A stretch of DNA of 64,000 nt. Source: Syntrophales bacterium (GTDB taxonomy: Bacteria; Desulfobacterota; Syntrophia; Syntrophales; UBA2210). The stretch lies in NCBI GenBank assembly GCA_963662405.2, contig CAXXKT010000002.1, forward strand, positions 6,578 to 70,577, given 5' to 3'. The notes beneath the pieces were generated by a model. It worked only from the letters and a program-made list of their open reading frames with translations. It did no database searches and was not told where the DNA came from. Positions within the stretch are counted from its first letter, which is position 1. Every line of letters begins with the position of its first letter. The position numbers were made by a program, and so were the translations under genes. This document shows, piece by piece, positions 20,572 through 28,192 of this stretch.

Positions 20572-21790
20572 GCTTGTAATCCCCCATTGAAATAACTTTG
20601 CCGCCTGTAGGTGCAAATCCAAGGATTGATTGTAAGCGCCGTTCCCAAGCCATCAGCGCTTGACGTTTTTCTTTGTCATAGGGATAGCGATTATAGACGG
20701 CCAAAAGCCCTTGAAGTTTATGCCCCAGTACCCGCTCCGCGATTACATCATCAATTCCGATTTCAGCAAGACGGGTCCGCAGGGTCCGACGGATATCATG
20801 AGAAGAAAATCCCTCTGTGATTCCCATTTCCGACCAATGTCTCCGGATCGCGTTTGTCATTGCCCCCACCGTGACAGGAGTTCCTTCGTTATGCGTCGAT
20901 CTGAAAACCCATAATGAATCACTTGAATAAATCTTTGCTTCGTCAAGTATATCCTGCATCATAGGAACAACCGGAACCCGGTTTTCTTCGTTGTTTTTTC
21001 GAGCGTCCGCCGGTATCACCCACCACGCATCGGAGAGGTTCTCCCACTTCATCCTTGCAACCTCTCCCGGCCTTTGCCCGGTCAACAGGATCATTTTCAA
21101 GGATAGTTTTGTCAATCGGTAAATGTCGATCTCCGTATTTTCAAGATCCATAGCAGACCAAAAAAGCTTAATCTCTTCATCAGAAAGTACACGTGAACGA
21201 GGAGTTTCCTTGGTCTTCCGCATGCCACCCAAGGGAGAAAATTCTATCATCCCCCGTTCGGCTGCGAAGTTGAACATTCTGACAAGCACCCCTTGCAAAC
21301 GATTTGCACCAATAGGAGCTCGTTCTCTCACCTTGTCCAGTAACAGGACAGCATCCCGCCTTGTGATCGTGTTCACCTTGCGCCGTTTCCAAGAGGGTAG
21401 GGCATCTTTTTTTACAAGCCTTCGCCGCTCTCCGCCTGTCTTGCTTTTTGATAATTCTCGTTCCCAAAATTCGTTGAGTAGATCCTCAAAAGTTGGGTCC
21501 AGCTTGGATTTGCTCTTTTTTTCCTTGGCCTTTGCTGCTGGGTCAATGCCGTTTTCAACGTCTCGTAAGGCAAGAGCAGTCCGTTCCCTGGCCATGGCAA
21601 GTGAGACAGCCGGATATAATCCAAGGGAAAGCCTCTTTCGCCCCGGATTTTTGCCAGTATAGGTATAACGCAAGGTCCAGGATTTCTTCCCTGACGGATA
21701 AACCCGAAGGAATAAACCATTCTCATCTGCGAGATAAAACTCTTGATCGCGTGGTTTAATCCGTCTGATTTGAAGGTCAGTCAATGGCAT
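20564..21790 (-). CDS. int: tyrosine integrase, P4-type (N-terminal arm-binding DUF4102-like domain)
   Basis: 408 aa. MPLTDLQIRRIKPRDQEFYLADENGLFLRVYPSGKKSWTLRY is the P4-integrase N-terminus. Catalytic residues: TGQRPGE (R), SHDIRRT (HxxR), LGHK...AVYNRY (H, Y). Confidence 0.9.
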   Translation of the reverse strand: MPLTDLQIRRIKPRDQEFYLADENGLFLRVYPSGKKSWTLRYTYTGKNPGRKRLSLGLYPAVSLAMARERTALALRDVENGIDPAAKAKEKKSKSKLDPTFEDLLNEFWERELSKSKTGGERRRLVKKDALPSWKRRKVNTITRRDAVLLLDKVRERAPIGANRLQGVLVRMFNFAAERGMIEFSPLGGMRKTKETPRSRVLSDEEIKLFWSAMDLENTEIDIYRLTKLSLKMILLTGQRPGEVARMKWENLSDAWWVIPADARKNNEENRVPVVPMMQDILDEAKIYSSDSLWVFRSTHNEGTPVTVGAMTNAIRRHWSEMGITEGFSSHDIRRTLRTRLAEIGIDDVIAERVLGHKLQGLLAVYNRYPYDKEKRQALMAWERRLQSILGFAPTGGKVISMGDYKHG

Positions 21791-21825
21791 AATATTTCCC
21801 TTTCGTGCGGTCCGGCAGTTATTCT

Positions 21826-21848
21826 CGGACCGTTTCCGGTACCATTTT
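21826..21848. repeat. 23-bp direct repeat CGGACCGTTTCCGGTACCATTTT (right copy)
   Basis: Exact copy of 12585-12607. It lies 36 bp upstream of the integrase start and ~130 bp inside att copy 2. Confidence 0.85.
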
Positions 21849-21976
21849 TTAGGGTATAACAGCGAAGAAACATGAAACGCTATGAAGAGAGAATATTGCT
21901 ATATCCTCTTAATGTCAATAGATTTTTGAATGCTCTTGAATGGTTTTGAAAAGGAGAGAAAGATGGAAAATTCTTT

Positions 21977-22024
21977 TTTGGGAGCAGGATGTCGCAGGTT
22001 CAAATCCTGCCGCCCCGACCATTT
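21977..22024. repeat. att repeat copy 2 (3' 48 bp of the tRNA-Pro locus)
   Basis: Identical to 12483-12530. It is not a complete tRNA because the 5' half is missing. Confidence 0.9.
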
Positions 22025-22070
22025 TTATATTATAATTACAATAACTTACAAAAGTTTTGTGCCTCAAAAT

Positions 22071-22080
22071 AGTGGTGCAA
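22071..22080 (+). repeat. AGTGGTGCAA motif (candidate integrase arm-type site, int-proximal)
   Basis: The same 10-mer occurs twice in tandem at 31749-31758 and 31760-31769, at the other end of element 2. All three are in the same orientation, 45-65 bp from the att cores. Confidence 0.5.
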
Positions 22081-23404
22081 AGCTCGTTCAGTTTTTGTTG
22101 ATTTTTCCCCTCTCCTGACGACTTCGCATAGATCATTCTGACGTCATCCGATTCAATCTGAAAATACCGTTCAAAAGCCTTGTTGGTGGAATGCATTGTT
22201 GCCCGTTTTATCTGTTCAGGGGAGAAATGCTTTCTCAGGGCTCGCGCGGAACTGTGACGTGTCCCTCCGTACAGATCAACGTCAGCAATTCCCAAATTTG
22301 AACAGGCTCTTTTCCAGTATCGGCGTAAAAGGTCATTGCCAAAAGGGGCACCTTCCTTGAAAACACGTTGACCCTTGGCCGCAGGTCTATGTCGAAAGAA
22401 ATGGAGGCGAGGAAGGGCAGGGGGGAACGTTTTAAGAATCTCGATATCCTCATCCAGTAAAGAACGGCCTTGTAACGCTTCTCTTTTGGGTGTGGGAAGA
22501 GAAAATAGCCATTACCCGTATCGATATGACCCTCTTGGAGAGAAAGAAGCTCCTTGGGCCGAATTGAAATATATGTGGCAAGCCAACGTATGGCAAGGTA
22601 GATTTTGGGATTCACATTATGCGATATATTCCAAACCTCGTTAAGAATAGCGTCTTGAGTTTCCTTGTCAATGACGTTCCTGAAACCGAGGGTAAATTTA
22701 CATTCAGGAAATTCGGGGAATTCATACTGCCTGAAAGATTTCTTTTCTCTTCTCCATACCCACGTAAAAAAGTCATGGAGACAAGACATATAATTTGAAG
22801 CAGTTTTAGCGCCAACATTCAAGGAAGACTTGAAGTCCTCAAGCTCTCCATATTGAATCTTTTTGATCGTTATATCATCAAAGAATTCTTGTGCAGTTTT
22901 TATATAATTTTGAAGATTTTGGAAGTGACGTTTTGTGATAACTCCTCTCTGAACTTCGTCTGATTTGAGCAATAACCATTTGTCAGACAGGGTTTTAAAT
23001 CCCAGTGGGTTCCCAGCTTGATAATCTCTCCGATCAAAAGTTCCTTCATCTTCCTTGTAACGGATACCTTCGAGAAATCGCCGTGCACTGTCATAATAGG
23101 TAAATGTCTTATATACCCCTTTGAACTTTATAAAAAATGAAGACGCTTTTTCATCCCTGTGTTTCGGGCAATAAAGGCCCGTTTTCCCGTCATCTTTAAA
23201 AGATCGATTACATTTAGGACACCGCTCACGAGAATAGATTCCGCCTATCATGCACAGTCCCCCTTTTTGATATAATGGGGGATAAGTATCACGAACGGGA
23301 GAATCTTTCAAATTAGGCCACCTCCACGCAGAACAAAGGGTATTCTTGTTCGGAGGTTTTCGGTTTATCAGTGTATGTTGTGATATCCATGGAATTCACC
23401 GTGC

Positions 23405-24595
23405 TTAATATTTCCTTTGGAATCGCCTAACCATTTTATGTACCCGTTCAGTTCTGGAATCCTTCTTCCGGTGGTACTTTGCTCTTTTTTCCTTGACCCG
23501 TGCTTGCACGTCGGGAAGATATTCAGGGTACATAGAAACTTGTTCGGCATAGGTAGCAACACAATCATGAATACTGTAAGTGGTTTCAGGACTTCTCCTT
23601 TTTTCTTGATCAAGAGCATGAAGTGAAATGGCTAATCCATTTAACTGTTGAATCAGTCGTATCTCATCATTACACACGGCCTTTTCCCTCACGAGAGGTT
23701 CGGCATCCTGTACATTGTTGAATCCATTTTGAATCACCTTCCACCACCCAAAGGTTGACCTCTGGGTGTGATGAAGACCCGGCCTGTCCTGAAACTTGAG
23801 CCAATTTCTTGTGCAATACGCCCAAAGATTAACCGCCTTTTTTAAAAGATCAGAAGGCGTGTCAATATGGACTTCATCAAGGACTTCCCGCCTCATCTGA
23901 AATTCAAACCGTATAATCTTGGAGCTTTCCGGAACTTCCGAAATACCCCATACATCAAACATCCATGTTTTTTTCGATTGCTGTTTGATCTCCAAAGGCT
24001 TGTCATACAGTCGGGCTGAAATATCACCTTTTCCGATCCGAATACCGGTCAGCTTTTTGTGCCGAAAATAGGGAGCATAATCGGTTGCACGACTGACAAC
24101 ATATTCCAAGAGCTTCGTATTCCACCATCCTTCGGGCATAAGAACATCAACGCATAAGTCAACACGGCTTACTCTTTTCTTTGTAATATATCCCCCATTT
24201 GCTTCAACAATTCCCACCACCGTTTTAATTGCTTTATGTACGCCCAAATGCCAGAGGGTTTCAGAACGAATTTCTACGATAACACTTGCTTGAGGCCCCG
24301 GTTCTTTCCAGTTGCCCACTTTGAAGGTAAAATCAGAGGCCAAGAGAATCCAAGCATATCCCTTAGCCCCATGCGGTTTGATCAAGAAAGGCCACTCTTC
24401 AGAAGGATCGGCATATTTCAGTTTTCCCGGATGATCTTTTTTGAGCTCTTGGGCTTTTTTTTTCAGTTCTTCGAGATATGGAAATAAACGAGGGCCGCGC
24501 CAGGCAACATCCATAGATAAAACAAGGGTATCCACACCAGAGGCAAGTATATTTTCCTGATTAATTTTCACCTTTGAGGGGTACCTGATAGTCAT
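23405..24595 (-). CDS. rolling-circle replication initiator (Rep_trans-like)
   Basis: 396 aa. VSRVDLCVDV, ARLYDKPLEI and IIRFEFQMRRE resemble the conserved blocks of Rep_trans (replication initiation factor) proteins. Confidence 0.65.
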   Translation of the reverse strand: MTIRYPSKVKINQENILASGVDTLVLSMDVAWRGPRLFPYLEELKKKAQELKKDHPGKLKYADPSEEWPFLIKPHGAKGYAWILLASDFTFKVGNWKEPGPQASVIVEIRSETLWHLGVHKAIKTVVGIVEANGGYITKKRVSRVDLCVDVLMPEGWWNTKLLEYVVSRATDYAPYFRHKKLTGIRIGKGDISARLYDKPLEIKQQSKKTWMFDVWGISEVPESSKIIRFEFQMRREVLDEVHIDTPSDLLKKAVNLWAYCTRNWLKFQDRPGLHHTQRSTFGWWKVIQNGFNNVQDAEPLVREKAVCNDEIRLIQQLNGLAISLHALDQEKRRSPETTYSIHDCVATYAEQVSMYPEYLPDVQARVKEKRAKYHRKKDSRTERVHKMVRRFQRKY

Positions 24596-25014
24596 ACGGT
24601 ACCCCCACTATCAGATGACAGATCAAGGGACATTTGCCCCTCAGATATCCACCGGTTTTTAGCAACACGTCTCTTTTTGTCTTTGCTTTTGATATTTCCC
24701 TGACTTCTGGATCTGATCGGATGATCTGAAGATTGCTCAGCATCAAAAAAGTTAGCCTTTGCGGTCTCTCTGCCGGACCGCTTTGGCTTTTCGCATCCAG
24801 AATGCTGGCGACGAAGGAGAGTAGTTTTTTCCTCTTCCGATAGTACACGTGAACCGGGAAAGGCTTGGAGTATTTTATTGATGAGCGGTTGATGTTTTTT
24901 CTTGATTATATCAGCGTAAGTTCTCAGGGGCTGTGCCGACAAATTATATATACGGCTCACCTCTTCACGAACGGGGATTTCATCATTTAACGAAAGATTA
25001 TGCTTTAAAAACAT
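24592..25014 (-). CDS. hypothetical protein (basic C-terminal half)
   Basis: 140 aa with ATGA-type overlap with the Rep gene start. No motif recognised. Confidence 0.45.
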   Translation of the reverse strand: MFLKHNLSLNDEIPVREEVSRIYNLSAQPLRTYADIIKKKHQPLINKILQAFPGSRVLSEEEKTTLLRRQHSGCEKPKRSGRETAKANFFDAEQSSDHPIRSRSQGNIKSKDKKRRVAKNRWISEGQMSLDLSSDSGGTV

Positions 25015-25117
25015 AAAACTCTCCCATGTGCAGTGGGAGAGCCTCTTGACACACCCGATCTAACGGAATATCATTACAAGTGATATTGGGCTGCCGAAAG
25101 GCTCTCATATCGTTACA

Positions 25118-25160
25118 GAGACCAAGCACCGGGACCGGCCAAAGTCAGGTGCTTGGTCTC
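25118..25160. other. perfect 13-bp inverted repeat GAGACCAAGCACC-N17-GGTGCTTGGTCTC
   Basis: Read directly from the sequence. It lies between the RHH gene and the Rep operon. No U-tract follows on either strand, so it is not a classical intrinsic terminator. It is a candidate Rep nick-site hairpin. Confidence 0.5.
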
Positions 25161-25168
25161 ACTCCTGA

Positions 25169-25438
25169 TTATTCTTTAATCTTCAATTCTCCTTCTTCGT
25201 TGAAGGTAATTTTCCCACTGGCAATGCCTGCCCGGATATTCTTTATGAGTTTCTGACCGAATTTAAAGGCAGCAAGCAAACCGATTTTCTCCAACATGAT
25301 TGCATCTTCATATGCTGACTCTAAGAGGTTCCTCATTAGCTGACTCCTGCTGACCCCGATCTTAGTCGCCATTTCATCGAGCTTTGCGACAAATTCAGGT
25401 TCAAGTTGAACGGTATATTGCTCTTTTGTCTTTTTCAT
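25169..25438 (-). CDS. ribbon-helix-helix (CopG/Arc-like) DNA-binding protein
   Basis: 89 aa. The N-terminal YTVQLEPEFVAKLDEMATKIGVSRSQLMRNLLESA fits a beta-strand plus two helices RHH pattern. Confidence 0.6.
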   Translation of the reverse strand: MKKTKEQYTVQLEPEFVAKLDEMATKIGVSRSQLMRNLLESAYEDAIMLEKIGLLAAFKFGQKLIKNIRAGIASGKITFNEEGELKIKE

Positions 25439-25559
25439 ATCTTGCCCCCATTATGATGTGACTTTACATCATAATCATCTCATATATCATTTCCATTGTC
25501 AAAGGTTTTTTTTCTAATGAAATTCAAAAAATGCGGGGAGAGAGCTAATCACACAAAGA

Positions 25560-25689
25560 CTCTCCCCTTACGCCTTGCCGTGATTAGCACGAGCGCCCGA
25601 ACTGTCAAGGGTTCCCTTCGGCTCACTTCGTTCGGCCTTGACAGTCCGGCCTTGGCTCGTGCTTAAAAATAATCAGGCGACGGGGAGAG
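25560..25689. other. ~130-nt imperfect palindrome
   Basis: The left arm CTCTCCCC..CGCC..TGATTAGCACGAGC..GAACTGTCAAGG pairs with CCTTGACAGTCC..GCTCGTGC..TAATCA..GGCG..GGGGAGAG. A third GGGGAGAG at 25535-25542 can alternatively pair with CTCTCCCC at 25560-25567. Confidence 0.6.
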
Positions 25690-25829
25690 GGTAGGGCGAC
25701 ATTCAGGCTCAAGGAAAAGGGTAGAAACTATGTAAATGTTCATTTTGATGGTTCATGTCCACTTATTTGTCGGAATAATTTGGTAGCATAAGTTGTAATC
25801 ACAATATGAAAGCAAAACATTAAATTATC

Positions 25830-25867
25830 TTGACAATACACTGCCATAGAGTTAACAACTAGTTGTT
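25830..25867 (+). promoter_or_regulatory. candidate sigma-70 promoter (TTGACA-17-TAACAA) overlapped by perfect 14-bp palindrome AACAACTAGTTGTT
   Basis: TTGACA at 25830-25835; palindrome at 25854-25867. It lies ~180 bp upstream of the DUF4062 gene start. The -10 element is weak. Confidence 0.3.
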
Positions 25868-26045
25868 TTAAATCTTGATGTAAATTTTCTTAAAGTACCC
25901 AGCTGTAACAATCAGTTGCCCTGAATCAGTACGCTATGCGCGCAGCATCTCATGAATCAGTGAATTGATTTGACCCATTCAGGATAAATCATCCGCAGAG
26001 TGTTATGTCTATTAACGAAAGATATATCTATAAGGTGTGAATTTT

Positions 26046-26390
26046 ATGAAAAGAACGATCTCAGTCTTTATCGCATCTCCAAGTGATCTCGCCAATGAGC
26101 GTCGTTATTTCAAGGAAGCAATTAAACAGTTAAACGTAGGCTTTGGCGATGGTGCAAATGTCGAATTTGTACCTTTGGGATGGGAGGATACCCTGGCATC
26201 AACAGGAAGACGGAACCAGGATGTGATCAATAAAGAAGTAGATGAGTGTGATGTGTTTATTTTGGTAATGTATAGACGGTGGGGCCAAAACGCGCTCGAT
26301 GCAGAACCATATACGTCATACACAGAAGAGGAATTTTACAGAGCCCTTGAACGGTGGAAAAAAGAAGAGTCTCCTGAGATATTTGTTTTT
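26046..26390 (+). pseudogene. 5' fragment of a DUF4062 (TIR-like) domain gene, truncated by IS insertion
   Basis: MKRTISVFIASPSDLANERRYFKEAIKQLN...DECDVFILVMYRRWG...SYTEEEFYRALE...PEIFVF follows the DUF4062 pattern (VFISS..DL..ER / DiFigi.g.RYG / T..E...A / lvF). The ORF then runs into IS sequence. Confidence 0.6.
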
Positions 26391-27442
26391 GGCGATTATA
26401 TACTTGACAAACCCATTTGGGGGTGCTATTCTACTTTCAAATGGAGGCAAACCATGAAAACTATAGGATTTGATGCCCCGTATTTCACGGACGATAAAAA
26501 GGCTAGGCTATATCTTGAAAAAGTAAGATGGCCTAATGGTCCAATTTGTCCCCACTGTGGGAGTAATGAAAAGCATTATTCTCTCAAGAGCAAAGAAGAT
26601 TCTAAGAAACCAGTCCGGGAAGGTGTATGGAAGTGCAAAAAATGTAGGAAGCAATTCAGTGTTACCGTGGGAACGGTCTTTGAGAAAAGCCACATACCAC
26701 TTAACAAATGGCTATTTGCAACGTTTCTTATTTGCTCTTCCAAGAAAGGTGCGAGCGCACATCAACTGCATCGTATGATAGGGGTTACCTATAAAACAGC
26801 GTGGTTTATGTTTCACCGTATTAGATACGCAATGGATCAAAAGCCAAAAGGGAAAATGACTGGTACGGTTGAAGCTGATGAGACCTATGTTGGCGGGAAG
26901 GGGCATGGCAAGCGTGGGCGTGGTGCCGAAAAAAAGACTCCGGTCTTTTCCTTGGTAGAACGTAATGGTTCCGTAAGGTCCATGCCAGTAGAGCGCGTTA
27001 CAAGTGTAAACCTAAAGGCCATTATTAGGGAACATGTTGAAAAAACTGCAACTATAATGACCGATGACTTTCTTTCCTATCGTGGCTTGGGACGTGAATT
27101 CTCGTTGCATCACGTCATTAACCATGGTAATAAAGAATACGTCCGTGGGAATGTACACACCAACACGATTGAGGGGTATTTTAGTATCCTTAAACGCGGG
27201 ATAGTTGGGGTTTATCAGCATGTTGGTAAACAGCATCTTCACAGATACCTTTCTGAATTTGATTTCCGGTACAACGAACGTAAAGTTGATGATGCACAAC
27301 GGAGTGTATTGGCTCTGTGTGGCATTGAAGGGAAAAGACTTATGTACAGGGACTCATCGGCAGAAAGAAGGATTGCAATGTGAGGTCTTTTGATATGACT
27401 GAAATAAAAATACGGGTTTTGTTAAACAAGGGGAAAATCGGT
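26391..27442 (+). mobile_element. IS1595-family insertion sequence (boundaries approximate)
   Basis: Gapped imperfect inverted repeats: GGCGATTATATACTTGACAAACCCATTTGG (from 26391) versus the reverse complement of 27407-27442 (ACCGATTTTCCCCTTGTTTAACAAAACCCGTATTTT). They enclose a single transposase gene. No clear target duplication was found. Confidence 0.5.
26454..27383 (+). CDS. IS1595-family transposase
   Basis: Own RBS GGAGG, then ATG 26454 (MKTIGFDAPYF). N-terminal zinc ribbon CPHCG...CKKCRKQFSVTVGT, then a DDE domain (VEADETYVGG, IMTDDFLSY, HTNTIEGYFSILKRG). Confidence 0.85.
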   Translation: MKTIGFDAPYFTDDKKARLYLEKVRWPNGPICPHCGSNEKHYSLKSKEDSKKPVREGVWKCKKCRKQFSVTVGTVFEKSHIPLNKWLFATFLICSSKKGASAHQLHRMIGVTYKTAWFMFHRIRYAMDQKPKGKMTGTVEADETYVGGKGHGKRGRGAEKKTPVFSLVERNGSVRSMPVERVTSVNLKAIIREHVEKTATIMTDDFLSYRGLGREFSLHHVINHGNKEYVRGNVHTNTIEGYFSILKRGIVGVYQHVGKQHLHRYLSEFDFRYNERKVDDAQRSVLALCGIEGKRLMYRDSSAERRIAM

Positions 27443-28192
27443 GTTCCCCTAGATAAACTTGGAAACATTTCTAGTGAAACGATGAAATTCTTGCGTTTAA
27501 TGACTCGTGATGTGGGAATTTCTTCCTTTGACAAAGGCAAATGGATAGCGAAAAATTTTGAAAATGGTTCTCTTGCTTATGATAGCGTTTATGAGGGTGT
27601 CTATGAGCAGGAACATGTAGAAAAGTTTAATGCTGGGATTGTATATACAACTTCTCGTTTGCAAGAGGATATACCACGCTGCGATTTTGTGAGTTCTGAA
27701 ACCATGTTGCAATATACAAAAATCGGGAATCATATTGATGCAGGAGAAGTAATTGAGTTTGGACTGTACAAAAACGGAACGAGAGTTCCCGGTGAATGGA
27801 AAGAGCTAACAAAAGAAAAGGCGGAACAAATATCCAAGGTTGTTAAAACTTATGTAGAATATATGGGCTCAATATATGGCTCCATTCACGCTTTTAACAA
27901 GGGTGCTAAACCACAATTTATAAGTGTAAGGGATGCCATAACCGGTGATTTGATTCATTGCGAATTTGGGTTAGAGCACTATCAAGATATAATACGAGCC
28001 CTTAAAGGACCAAATTCAACTGTATATATTTCTGGTCGGATTAAAGAAAACCTTGTCACCAAAAAGATTGACTCCATTTCTTTAACAAGAATTAAGGTTG
28101 CTCCTGTATTATCTGATGAAGAATATCACATGTTTTTTGGATGTGCTCCCGATATTGAATCAATAAAGGATGATGATATCTATGGAGACTGA
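27395..28192 (+). CDS. hypothetical 266-aa protein; possibly the displaced 3' part of the DUF4062 gene (from ~27443)
   Basis: Open frame from 27380; the first ATG is 27395, 12 nt after the transposase stop and inside the putative IS right end. No P-loop or other motif was recognised. Its stop overlaps the PIN gene start by 11 nt. Confidence 0.5.
   Translation: MTEIKIRVLLNKGKIGVPLDKLGNISSETMKFLRLMTRDVGISSFDKGKWIAKNFENGSLAYDSVYEGVYEQEHVEKFNAGIVYTTSRLQEDIPRCDFVSSETMLQYTKIGNHIDAGEVIEFGLYKNGTRVPGEWKELTKEKAEQISKVVKTYVEYMGSIYGSIHAFNKGAKPQFISVRDAITGDLIHCEFGLEHYQDIIRALKGPNSTVYISGRIKENLVTKKIDSISLTRIKVAPVLSDEEYHMFFGCAPDIESIKDDDIYGD

Larger units (their letters stand above)
12531..21976. mobile_element. 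integrated element 1: capsid-less phage-satellite-like / prophage-remnant island
   Basis: Bounded by copies 1 and 2 of the tRNA-Pro 3' segment. It is more AT-rich than the flanks. It carries integrase, AlpA, a replication module and an HNH-TerS-TerL packaging module. Confidence 0.8.
21915..23251 (-). pseudogene. int: tyrosine integrase with N-terminal zinc ribbon, interrupted by a 1-nt frameshift near 22459-22465
   Basis: Frame A (track 22235..23311, real ATG 23251 MIGGIYSRERCPKCN...) carries SIRPKELLSL and the KEKRYKAV hairpin. Frame B continues LLDEDIEILKTF...DLYGGTRHSSARAL...HSTNKAFERY (HxxR, H, Y). The join needs one extra base in GCCGTTCTTTACTGG. Frame B reads on through att copy 2 to a stop at 21915. 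Confidence 0.8.

Noticed and set aside
21915-22295. The 126-aa track ORF as an independent gene, and the 21977-22024 and 31815-31844 segments as pseudo-tRNA genes
   Set aside because: The ORF's N-terminal two-thirds are the catalytic C-terminus of the frameshifted integrase, and its tail is the att repeat read backwards. The tRNA-like segments lack the 5' half, so they are att sites rather than genes.
25560-25689. The 130-nt palindrome as an integron attC site or a retron msr/msd RNA
   Set aside because: There are no RYYYAAC/GTTRRRY boxes at its ends. No reverse transcriptase or intI gene is nearby. Its position next to a Rep_trans gene makes a replication-origin role more economical.
26037-27383. 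The 448-aa track ORF read as one DUF4062-transposase fusion protein
   Set aside because: The transposase part has its own GGAGG RBS and ATG at 26454. The linker (GDYILDKPIWGCYSTFKWRQT) coincides with the IS left inverted repeat. The simplest explanation is read-through from a disrupted host gene into an inserted IS.
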